The position numbers and the translations under genes are program-made. The notes below the pieces were generated by a model. It made no database searches and was not told the origin of the DNA. It saw nothing but the letters and a program-made list of their open reading frames with translations. From a virus, in IMG/VR virus record IMGVR_UViG_3300029171_000001: a stretch of 31,572 nt of DNA, one strand, 5' to 3'. Shown here one piece after another: positions 7,384 to 14,733 of this stretch (positions are counted from its first letter, which is position 1; each line of letters begins with the position of its first letter).

Positions 7384-8025
7384 TTACTTTTTTAATTTCA
7401 ACATTAATCTATCAAATCCTATTGCGAACCCAATACCTTCTTTGTATGTTCCGCCGCCTACAACTTGTTTCTGAGCTCCTAGTGATGGTAAAGAAATTTC
7501 AAATCCTTCATTCACATAATAACTCAACCCTCTCTTTACATTTTCACTGACTTCATATTCATCAGTTACCAACTCCACCATTCTTTTTGCAAGAGAAACT
7601 AATTCCTCTCTTGCTTTTTCCAGGTCTCTTGGATTTATCCACTCCAGACCAAATTGAAAGAACTCTCTATATCTTCCTGTTTGTGGTCTTTCATATCTCC
7701 AACACCTTTCAAAATACCACAGCTTTACATCCTTTTGTTGCTTCCAATATTTGTTTGCAATCAACTGTACTGTTGCAGTACCTTCAGGTCTTAAACAAAT
7801 ATCTCTCTCACCCTTATCTTGAAACACATACATCTGTCCAAGAATTTCTTCCCCTGCTTTTTCCGTGTATATCGACTGTGGTTCGATACTCGGAAGAATT
7901 ATTTCATTGAAATTTTCTGCATGTGCAATCTCGATCATACTGTTAAGGATTATACGTCTATCCTTTGCTTCTTGACCAGAGATGATTCTTACACCCTTGC
8001 TTTGTTTTTCAATTTCTAATTCCAT
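7384..8025 (-). CDS. minimal histidyl-tRNA synthetase-like protein (class II catalytic core only)
   Basis: LRPEGT, RYERPQTGRYREFFQ, RGLSYY, GGGTY, GFAIGFDRL; 213 aa, no anticodon-binding domain. Confidence 0.85.
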   Translation of the reverse strand: MELEIEKQSKGVRIISGQEAKDRRIILNSMIEIAHAENFNEIILPSIEPQSIYTEKAGEEILGQMYVFQDKGERDICLRPEGTATVQLIANKYWKQQKDVKLWYFERCWRYERPQTGRYREFFQFGLEWINPRDLEKAREELVSLAKRMVELVTDEYEVSENVKRGLSYYVNEGFEISLPSLGAQKQVVGGGTYKEGIGFAIGFDRLMLKLKK

Positions 8026-8188
8026 ACTTTGAATCCTTTAGTGGATCTACAAATTTAAATTTACCTTTTAATTCCTCTGAAAGATTAGATAACTTCCCAC
8101 CTGACCTAAGATGGACATGCAATTCTTCTTTCGCTTTTTGTCTTTCCAAAATCATTTTTATGATTTCAGGTTTTTTTATTTCTTTCAT
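8009..8188 (-). CDS. hypothetical protein
   Basis: probable start MKEIKK; the tracked N-terminus overlaps tRNA-Thr. Confidence 0.55.
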   Translation of the reverse strand: MKEIKKPEIIKMILERQKAKEELHVHLRSGGKLSNLSEELKGKFKFVDPLKDSKYGIRN

Positions 8189-8193
8189 TTCAG

Positions 8194-8266
8194 AGCCACA
8201 GGTCGGATTTGAACCGACAACCTCAGGTTTACAAAACCCGTGCACCGCCAATTGTGCTACTGTGGC
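8194..8266 (-). tRNA. tRNA-Thr(TGT)
   Basis: cloverleaf, loop TT-TGT-AA. Confidence 0.9.
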
Positions 8267-8339
8267 ATTTTAATTTTTCTACGCAACTTGCTGGTTCGGC
8301 CAAGTCTATAAAAAATTATAAAACAGTCTCATAACTGAG

Positions 8340-8421
8340 AGCCTGAGAGGAGATTCGAACTCCTGGTGTTTGTATTCTCGCTTACAAGGCGAGCGCAATC
8401 GGCCACTAATGCAACACAGGC
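8340..8421 (-). tRNA. tRNA-Thr(TGT), extended variable region
   Basis: loop CT-TGT-AA; one acceptor mismatch. Confidence 0.8.
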
Positions 8422-8444
8422 AATATTTTATTCTAAAGAACTTG

Positions 8445-8516
<72 letters not shown>

Positions 8517-8531
8517 TTGTTGTGTTTATTG

Positions 8532-8603
8532 AGCATCTTTCCAGACTTGAACTGGTTTCTCATGCTTACGAAGCAAGTGCATCACCATCAATGCTTAAGA
8601 TGC
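8532..8603 (-). tRNA. tRNA-Thr(CGT)
   Basis: loop TT-CGT-AA. Confidence 0.85.
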
Positions 8604-8608
8604 TTTTG

Positions 8609-8700
8609 GGTGCATGACGGGATTTGAACCCGTGTTGTTTGCTTTCGCTCTTCCTGCTTCACAGGCAGGTTCCTTCGACCATACTCGGACCACACGCACC
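8609..8700 (-). tRNA. tRNA-His(GTG), long variable region
   Basis: G-1:C73 pair, loop CT-GTG-AA. Confidence 0.85.
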
Positions 8701-8712
8701 ATATTAAAAATT

Positions 8713-8789
8713 GGGCAACAAAGAGGAGTCGAACCTCAAGCAACTAGTATACGGTACCACTAAGGTACCTGCGCTCCACAGCTGCTGCC
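8713..8789 (-). ncRNA. tRNA-like RNA with His-type 8 bp acceptor and loop CTTAGTG
   Basis: GGCAGCAG/TTGTTGCC stem, GGTAC/GTACC arm, GAGG-TTCGACT-CCTC T arm; reduced D region. Confidence 0.55.
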
Positions 8790-8795
8790 ATAACG

Positions 8796-8871
8796 GGTAA
8801 CATATCGGGTTCGAACCGATGACCTCTTGAATCACAATCAAGCGCTCTAAACCAACTGAGCTAATGCTACC
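8796..8871 (-). tRNA. tRNA-His(GTG)
   Basis: G-1:C73 pair, loop TT-GTG-AT. Confidence 0.9.
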
Positions 8872-8875
8872 ATGT

Positions 8876-8957
8876 ATTGAGGAAATTGTGTTAGTGAATT
8901 TTTCATTAACAGTGAATTGCCTTACGGCGAGAAGTAACTAAACCACATGGCCTCAAT
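8876..8957 (-). ncRNA. small structured RNA, paralog of 8965-9109 without the tRNA domain
   Basis: ATTGAGG/CCTCAAT closing stem; shared GGCCATGTG...GYTACTTCT and CAATTTC motifs. Confidence 0.6.
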
Positions 8958-8964
8958 AATAATT

Positions 8965-9109
8965 TTGTTGACAGAAATTGCACCAGCAATACGCTGCTCT
9001 ACCACTGAGCTACATTCCCAATTTTATTTCTTGTGGGAATGCCAGGAATCGGACCTGGGACAGGCGGCTTATAATGCATAGAAGTAGCATGACACATGGC
9101 CGTCAACAA
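8965..9109 (-). ncRNA. Y RNA (YrlA)-like RNA with circularly permuted tRNA domain
   Basis: order T arm, closed acceptor hairpin, D arm, all inside a terminal TTGTTGAC/GTCAACAA stem. Confidence 0.65.
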
Positions 9110-9214
9110 TTGGCATTGTGCGGGGATTCTCACCCCTACAGCCTTAAGCATTGTCTAGAATACTTTTGCCACAATATTTTTAATATTTCAAATTACAAAG
9201 AACGTTTTCTTTTT

Positions 9215-9291
9215 GCCTTCTTAGGTGGATTCGAACCACTTTTTCCACTTGCTCGTGTGTATAGCTATAACACACACCGCTTCTAAGAAGA
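9215..9291 (-). ncRNA. D-armless tRNA-like RNA
   Basis: TCTTCTTA/TAAGAAGG stem, GTGTGT/ACACAC hairpin, GTGG-TTCGAAT-CCAC T arm. Confidence 0.55.
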
Positions 9292-9295
9292 TTTG

Positions 9296-9372
9296 CTGAC
9301 CAGGTAGGACTCGAACCCACAACCCTCCCGCTAACAACGGGCCGCTCTAAACCAATTAGTAGCTACTGGTCA
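9296..9372 (-). tRNA. tRNA-Asn(GTT)
   Basis: loop TT-GTT-AG, G73. Confidence 0.85.
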
Positions 9373-9378
9373 TTTTTG

Positions 9379-9465
9379 CTGTCCTGATGGGATTCGAACC
9401 CACGACCCTTCGCTTAACAGGCGAGCGCTCTAAGACTTTCGTCAAACCGCTGGAGCTACAGAACA
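9379..9465 (-). tRNA. tRNA-Asn(GTT) with hairpin inserted in the D loop
   Basis: loop CT-GTT-AA; GAC-GAAA-GTC inside the D loop. Confidence 0.85.
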
Positions 9466-9472
9466 GATATTG

Positions 9473-9544
9473 CTCTTCAGGCGGGGATTGAACCTGCGAC
9501 CCTTCGCTTAACAGGCGAGCGCTCTACCACTGAGCTACTGAAGA
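9473..9544 (-). tRNA. tRNA-Asn(GTT)
   Basis: canonical cloverleaf. Confidence 0.92.
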
Positions 9545-9621
9545 ATATACATTGAAAGACTTTCACTTTCCCTTGTGGGGTTGAGGACCCATTTCCTCAA
9601 CCCAACATACTTTTTCATTAA

Positions 9622-9879
9622 TCAAAGAACATCACCAAGTTCGTTTCGCAAATCTTTTTTGAGTTGTTGTCTTACTCCTTTTTTTAGTGAGCGATTTGCG
9701 TTTCTCACCTCTTCTTTTTTACTTTTACTCTTCAAGTTACTTGGCACATCTTGAGAGTGATCTATTGTCCATTTTCTTTCCTGGTTTTTCGAGAAGGGTG
9801 TCATTTTTTTATGCTTACCTTCTTTTTTTACGATTCCACTTTTAGAACCTGGAACAATTTTATTTTTTTTATTGCTCAT
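9622..9879 (-). CDS. small basic hypothetical protein
   Basis: 85 aa Lys-rich ORF, first gene after the attenuator. Confidence 0.65.
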   Translation of the reverse strand: MSNKKNKIVPGSKSGIVKKEGKHKKMTPFSKNQERKWTIDHSQDVPSNLKSKSKKEEVRNANRSLKKGVRQQLKKDLRNELGDVL

Positions 9880-9906
9880 AATTTTTTAAAACTTTGTCGA
9901 ACCTAT

Positions 9907-9948
9907 AGAAAACAAGAAGGCCCGTATCTTGTGTGGATACGGGCCTTC
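9907..9948 (-). terminator. attenuator terminator of the large tRNA operon
   Basis: perfect 13 bp stem GAAGGCCCGTATC/GATACGGGCCTTC followed by TTGTTTTCT. Confidence 0.9.
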
Positions 9949-9984
9949 GGAATTTCTTTTGGCTCAGTTTTTAAATTATGCGCC

Positions 9985-10086
9985 TCATGATCTGTTTCCT
10001 ACATACCCGTATACCAACGTTTTATTAATATGCTTTTTGCATATAATCGTTGTGTTATTGGTTGTATGTAAGATATTCATTAGCAT
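9985..10086 (-). CDS. putative Asn/His/Thr/Lys/Ile leader peptide, 33 aa
   Basis: MLMNILHTTNNTTIICKKHINKTLVYGYVGNRS; 18 of codons 4-23 are N/H/T/K/I. Confidence 0.85.
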   Translation of the reverse strand: MLMNILHTTNNTTIICKKHINKTLVYGYVGNRS

Positions 10087-10149
10087 GATTTCTTATTTTT
10101 TACTTTTGTTGTTTCTTTTAAATAGTTGAAAAAATTGTTTTTCGATAAT

Positions 10150-10178
10150 TTATACGTACAAAGATAGAATAAGTTTCA
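10150..10178 (-). promoter_or_regulatory. ECF-type promoter TGAAAC-N16-CGTATAA with nested TATCTTTG
   Basis: repeated motif directly upstream of the leader ORF. Confidence 0.7.
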
Positions 10179-10209
10179 ATTAAAACCAAACATTTTTTCA
10201 AACTTTATT

Positions 10210-10821
10210 CTAAATCGCTGATAAACAGTATGATATTTTTTGATCGTTGGGTTCTAAAGTGATCAAAATCCCTTTTATTTTATTGGGATCACAATCGTAT
10301 ACGTACACATTTTCTGGTGTGATACAATCATAACGCACGGTATCAAATCCATTTGGCGGTATTGCTCTGGTTTGCCAATCCCCACGTGTATTTGTAAGCC
10401 TTATAGCTTTACGATGAGGCCAAAAATCCACACTAAGTTCTTGCCAATAGATTTTGTAGGCAGTCGTTGTGAAATCATATGGTTTAGAAGGGTAATTAAA
10501 GTACGGTGTGAAATTTCTAAACTTACCCCACAATTCACGTGCTGCGTCATTTGCGCAATTATCTTCTGTAATTGCAAAATAAGGTAATTTACCCAGATTT
10601 TTGTCGGTGTAATATTCTTTGGGCCAATAGAATATAAGTTCAAAGAGCGTCTTTTTTTCTTTTTGTAATTCTTCTGGAAGAGGCAGTGAGTGATCTAACT
10701 CATATGATTTTGCATATTGCAAACAACGCTTGGTAACTAATGAAACAATTTTGTTATCCACTTTAATAAACGTGGAATAGGTTACAAGCTCTAGGGTTTT
10801 GTCAATTTTTACACAAATCAT
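10210..10821 (-). CDS. hypothetical protein
   Basis: probable start MICVK just after the promoter at 10830-10858. Confidence 0.65.
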   Translation of the reverse strand: MICVKIDKTLELVTYSTFIKVDNKIVSLVTKRCLQYAKSYELDHSLPLPEELQKEKKTLFELIFYWPKEYYTDKNLGKLPYFAITEDNCANDAARELWGKFRNFTPYFNYPSKPYDFTTTAYKIYWQELSVDFWPHRKAIRLTNTRGDWQTRAIPPNGFDTVRYDCITPENVYVYDCDPNKIKGILITLEPNDQKISYCLSAI

Positions 10822-10829
10822 TCTTACAA

Positions 10830-10858
10830 TTATACGAATAAAATGCAAAAAAGTTACA
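10830..10858 (-). promoter_or_regulatory. ECF-type promoter TGTAAC-N16-CGTATAA
   Basis: repeated motif. Confidence 0.65.
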
Positions 10859-11336
10859 TAAATTTTATCCAGGATCCTTCTTTTTTATGATAAAAAGCAA
10901 ACTGGTCTTTATTAACATTAAAAAAGAGCTCATTGTCAGTATATATTGTTTTTTTAGGCGTTACTGAAGATTTCTTTATTTTATTCATCAATGTTGCAGC
11001 AATGGTATCACAACCATTGTTAACCATTACAAACAAATCTGCTTCACTATCTTTTTTTCTATGAGGAATATCAATTGTCCCCCACCCCTGCCATTTACCA
11101 GACTTTACCCAAACCTTTTTTCTTTCTACCTCAACACCAACAGTTTTATTTTTTATTAAATCAACAATTGTAAAATCATATTTTTTATAAACTTCTTGTT
11201 GCTCTTCAAGAGGTGTAACAAGTTTATATTTTCCTGTTGATTGCAAAAAATCTACAGCAACATTTTTGGCAACCAAATCATTTTCATCTGAAAGTTCTTT
11301 AGAAAAGGGTTTAAATTCCTCCATTTTAATTTTCAC
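10854..11336 (-). CDS. PD-(D/E)XK nuclease-like protein
   Basis: YDF...VEVERK pattern. Confidence 0.5.
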   Translation of the reverse strand: MKIKMEEFKPFSKELSDENDLVAKNVAVDFLQSTGKYKLVTPLEEQQEVYKKYDFTIVDLIKNKTVGVEVERKKVWVKSGKWQGWGTIDIPHRKKDSEADLFVMVNNGCDTIAATLMNKIKKSSVTPKKTIYTDNELFFNVNKDQFAFYHKKEGSWIKFM

Positions 11337-11505
11337 TTTTTATTTCTCTTGTAAGCACCGTGGCTCTATGCATTTTTTCATTATCACCACTTGGTTTACT
11401 TAATATTAAAATTTGAATAACCTCTCTGCCTTGTTTCATAAGGTCGTTTATTCCCTCTTCAAGTTGGTAATAATAATGATAATCTATTTGTTCAATCCTA
11501 TACAT
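11326..11505 (-). CDS. hypothetical protein, 59 aa (below ORF track cutoff)
   Basis: MYRIEQIDYHYYYQLEEG... fills the gap between co-oriented genes. Confidence 0.55.
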   Translation of the reverse strand: MYRIEQIDYHYYYQLEEGINDLMKQGREVIQILILSKPSGDNEKMHRATVLTREIKSEN

Positions 11506-11508
11506 AAA

Positions 11509-11889
11509 TTAATCATGTTCGTATTCTTCAATTGTGGTACCCTCTCTGGTAATTGTTATAAAAGCATGATCCCCAAATAATTCAAACATCAAAGCATCGT
11601 CAAATTGTGATAAAAAAGACTTTACCTCTGTCTCAATTTCACTATGATTTTCTAAATCACCCTCTAAATTTGGATAATTATGTCGTGAGTGGTAGTAGCA
11701 AGTATCTCCATCATTAAAATATGGAGTATATGCTACCCAACTAATAGAAACAAGTGCTGGGTATTTGTCAAATATTACTTTACAATTATCGTTTAAAAAT
11801 TTGCTTCCAATTTCAGTAATTCTAGTTCTTAAAGCTTGTATATTATCCTTAAAATCTTGGAAATCTTGTTGTTGTTTCTGTGTTACCAT
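11509..11889 (-). CDS. hypothetical phage protein
   Basis: 126 aa, W..YTPYFNDGD motif. Confidence 0.75.
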   Translation of the reverse strand: MVTQKQQQDFQDFKDNIQALRTRITEIGSKFLNDNCKVIFDKYPALVSISWVAYTPYFNDGDTCYYHSRHNYPNLEGDLENHSEIETEVKSFLSQFDDALMFELFGDHAFITITREGTTIEEYEHD

Positions 11890-11891
11890 AA

Positions 11892-12269
11892 TTATTCAAT
11901 TTCTATTTCTGCTACTTTAAAAAATTCTATTTTTAAACAATCAAATATTTGTTCCAACTGTTCATATGTTGCTGTTGTTGGAATTTGAAAATCATCTTTA
12001 TCTAACCCAAGCTCTTCCATAATTTGATCGAACTTTTCCATCATACCGCTTTTAATTAAAGAATCTACGCCTTCCTCAGAATAAAGCCCAAGATAAAGTC
12101 CACTCAATTTTTTAATGCTTTCTTTCTTACAAAACACAATTGCTTTTTCTTTGTCTAAAAATAATTTGCTTGGTTTTTCGTACATTGCACCATAATTACC
12201 AGTGCTATAATATTGATCATCGTACTCAAAACCAACTTCTAGAACTATATATCCTTTCTTGTTTTCCAT
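11892..12269 (-). CDS. hypothetical protein
   Basis: 125 aa, tight operon spacing. Confidence 0.7.
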   Translation of the reverse strand: MENKKGYIVLEVGFEYDDQYYSTGNYGAMYEKPSKLFLDKEKAIVFCKKESIKKLSGLYLGLYSEEGVDSLIKSGMMEKFDQIMEELGLDKDDFQIPTTATYEQLEQIFDCLKIEFFKVAEIEIE

Positions 12270-12270
12270 A

Positions 12271-12705
12271 TTAATCTGCCTTTATAAACTTTATGTTTTT
12301 ATTTGACTCTATTTTTTTAAATGATGTTGGTGGTTCACCAATACCATTATTCATCCATGATTTCATTTCCATTTCTTGAATATAATCTTGGGCTGAAGGT
12401 ATATATCTCATGCCAAAATCTTCTAAGACGTGTTGTTCAGCAATTTCTCTCACAGAAATTTCTTTATTGTCAGAATTTATAATTGTGTAAAACCTACCAT
12501 CTGGTTTGCAAGATGTGGAATTTTGAAATTTTATACGCTCTATGATTTCTGATATAAACCAAGAATTGTGCGTCAATGCACGGTGTCTATTGTCGGCTAT
12601 TGCGCCTTTACTGGAATCCATGAGTTTATGTATCTCTACATAATCTTCCCAAATTCCACCAAATCTTTTAGCGCTGGATTTTGCGTGTATTTCTGGTTTT
12701 GCCAT
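12271..12705 (-). CDS. DUF6915-like protein
   Basis: HAKSSAKRFGG...DSSK...RHRALTH...EQHVLED. Confidence 0.7.
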   Translation of the reverse strand: MAKPEIHAKSSAKRFGGIWEDYVEIHKLMDSSKGAIADNRHRALTHNSWFISEIIERIKFQNSTSCKPDGRFYTIINSDNKEISVREIAEQHVLEDFGMRYIPSAQDYIQEMEMKSWMNNGIGEPPTSFKKIESNKNIKFIKAD

Positions 12706-12758
12706 TTATTGCTATATTCTTTTCTAAAACATAAGCAATAAAAAACAAAACTCCAAAT

Positions 12759-14732
12759 TTAAAAATCATACCCCCATTCGTGGATATTGTTTCCATCTGT
12801 GAATAGTTGTTTTGCCAAAACACGTTTAGTCAATATTTTATAAGAGTTTCTAAGATTGTCTTGACCGTGTTCTTTAGCATATTGTTTATTTATGGTAACC
12901 CAATCACCTTTGTTTATTTTTAACCCAGGAAGCAATTGTTTACTTAACTCTTCAGCTTGAGAATAAATGTCATCAAATATTAATTGCTGTTGTTTTTCAT
13001 ATCCATATTTTTCAATATCATATTTATCTTGTAAATCCCAAACCAGTTTAGTTTTTGGAGGGAAAAATCCAAATTTATTATAGTAATTTACAATATCGTA
13101 AAGCTGTGTTACTTTTGCTTTAACATCTTTATTAATATCAGGCACAGCTCTATAAATAACGATTATTGCATTGGGTTTGTTTCTAGCGCTTTTTATAATT
13201 GATATGCTTTCTACATCTTTAGAATCCCCATTATCACCGTACATTCTAACTGCATCTGGACCATATATATCTTCTGGATACATAGAAGTTAAATTATATA
13301 ACGGCGCACCGCTTTCTTTATCTGGAGCCTCATGTTCTCCAGCATATTCATTACTTTCATCCAGAATATCATCTGAAAAACCACATCTACGTGCAAATTC
13401 TTTTTCATTAATGTCTATCCCCTCACCCTTTAGACCCTTGATTTGATCAATTACCATCTTCTTTCTATTGTTCATGTCTTTTACTTGACACAATAAATCA
13501 ATAATACCAGATATCATCTCTGTGTTTTCTTCATCTTCGCCAGCAACAACTTCGTTTAAATTGCCTTGTTTATCCAACATATTATAATCAGAAATTTTAT
13601 CACCAGGTTTTATTTGTGTTGTGTTAACAATTTTATTCATGTTGTATAAAACCATCATTTTTTCACCCCAACCAAATGGATTATCTACAATTTCATAATC
13701 AATTCCATTATTAACATAAAAAGCTCTTAAATATTGAGTATTGGTGGATTTAATTGCTTTCTCGTTTAATATAATGTTGTTAAATGCATAAGCTACTATT
13801 TTGCCATCAACAACAAATTTTGGATTGCTTATTCTCTCCCATATTTGTTTTCTAAGATGTTTAATAACATATGTGTCAACAAACTGCTTCGCTTTGTCAA
13901 TATCAATAAAAGCATCATTTATGTCAACACCTTTTTCAACTGTTACGATATAAAGTTTACGGCTACCTCTTGCATATTTTGCAGCAACATCATATTTTGT
14001 AATCAGATAAAGACCAGCTCCCCATTCATATCTTCCATTTTTCTGAGCAATGATATCACTATAATCATCTAGATTTCCACCATGCCAAAAGGTCATCGTG
14101 TTTGGAATATCTGGAACCACAATTTCTTCTTCAGATAAATTTGAGTTTCTATTTTTCCAAAAACTTTGAGCATCTTGGCTTGCCACAGTTGAAATATCTG
14201 TTTTTAAACCAAGAACCTTATTGGCATAATCATGCATTGCGGTTGCTATTCCCTGCCTTCTTTTATCCTCTCTCACCCACAACCCATCAGAAAGTGTTGG
14301 TGTTGATCTATAGACTCCATCTTCACACTCTTCAAGCCACAATACCCCAACATTTTCTCCACCCAAATAACTACCAGTTCGCCCATATCTATCTTTTCTA
14401 TCAACTTGCTCGCCAAGTGTTTTAACAACTATGGTATAATATTGCCTGGAAGAACCACCACTTTCGTGAACAAAAATTATATATTTTTGACCAGACTTAT
14501 CTTCAAATATTTTTGAAGGGAGTGTTGAAGTATCAAATCCATAACCGTATGGAACGCCATCTAAAAATTTTGTTGACTCATTAAGGTCAACATCTATTTC
14601 ATACAATGTTTCACCCTCATGAGTATTTGCCAACAAAGCTGCCATATATTTGTGAACATCACCTTTAGTGCAACCAACTTTTGCACCAGTATCTTTACGA
14701 TAAATACATTTTCCCCTGATCTCGTATGGCAT
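12759..14732 (-). CDS. multi-domain polyvalent protein (GNAT-like plus ART-like modules)
   Basis: RRQGIAT acetyl-CoA motif; FWHGG...GAGLYL; IYRAVP...GDWVT...YAKEHG; probable start MPYEIRG. Confidence 0.65.
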   Translation of the reverse strand: MPYEIRGKCIYRKDTGAKVGCTKGDVHKYMAALLANTHEGETLYEIDVDLNESTKFLDGVPYGYGFDTSTLPSKIFEDKSGQKYIIFVHESGGSSRQYYTIVVKTLGEQVDRKDRYGRTGSYLGGENVGVLWLEECEDGVYRSTPTLSDGLWVREDKRRQGIATAMHDYANKVLGLKTDISTVASQDAQSFWKNRNSNLSEEEIVVPDIPNTMTFWHGGNLDDYSDIIAQKNGRYEWGAGLYLITKYDVAAKYARGSRKLYIVTVEKGVDINDAFIDIDKAKQFVDTYVIKHLRKQIWERISNPKFVVDGKIVAYAFNNIILNEKAIKSTNTQYLRAFYVNNGIDYEIVDNPFGWGEKMMVLYNMNKIVNTTQIKPGDKISDYNMLDKQGNLNEVVAGEDEENTEMISGIIDLLCQVKDMNNRKKMVIDQIKGLKGEGIDINEKEFARRCGFSDDILDESNEYAGEHEAPDKESGAPLYNLTSMYPEDIYGPDAVRMYGDNGDSKDVESISIIKSARNKPNAIIVIYRAVPDINKDVKAKVTQLYDIVNYYNKFGFFPPKTKLVWDLQDKYDIEKYGYEKQQQLIFDDIYSQAEELSKQLLPGLKINKGDWVTINKQYAKEHGQDNLRNSYKILTKRVLAKQLFTDGNNIHEWGYDF

Positions 14733-14733
14733 A

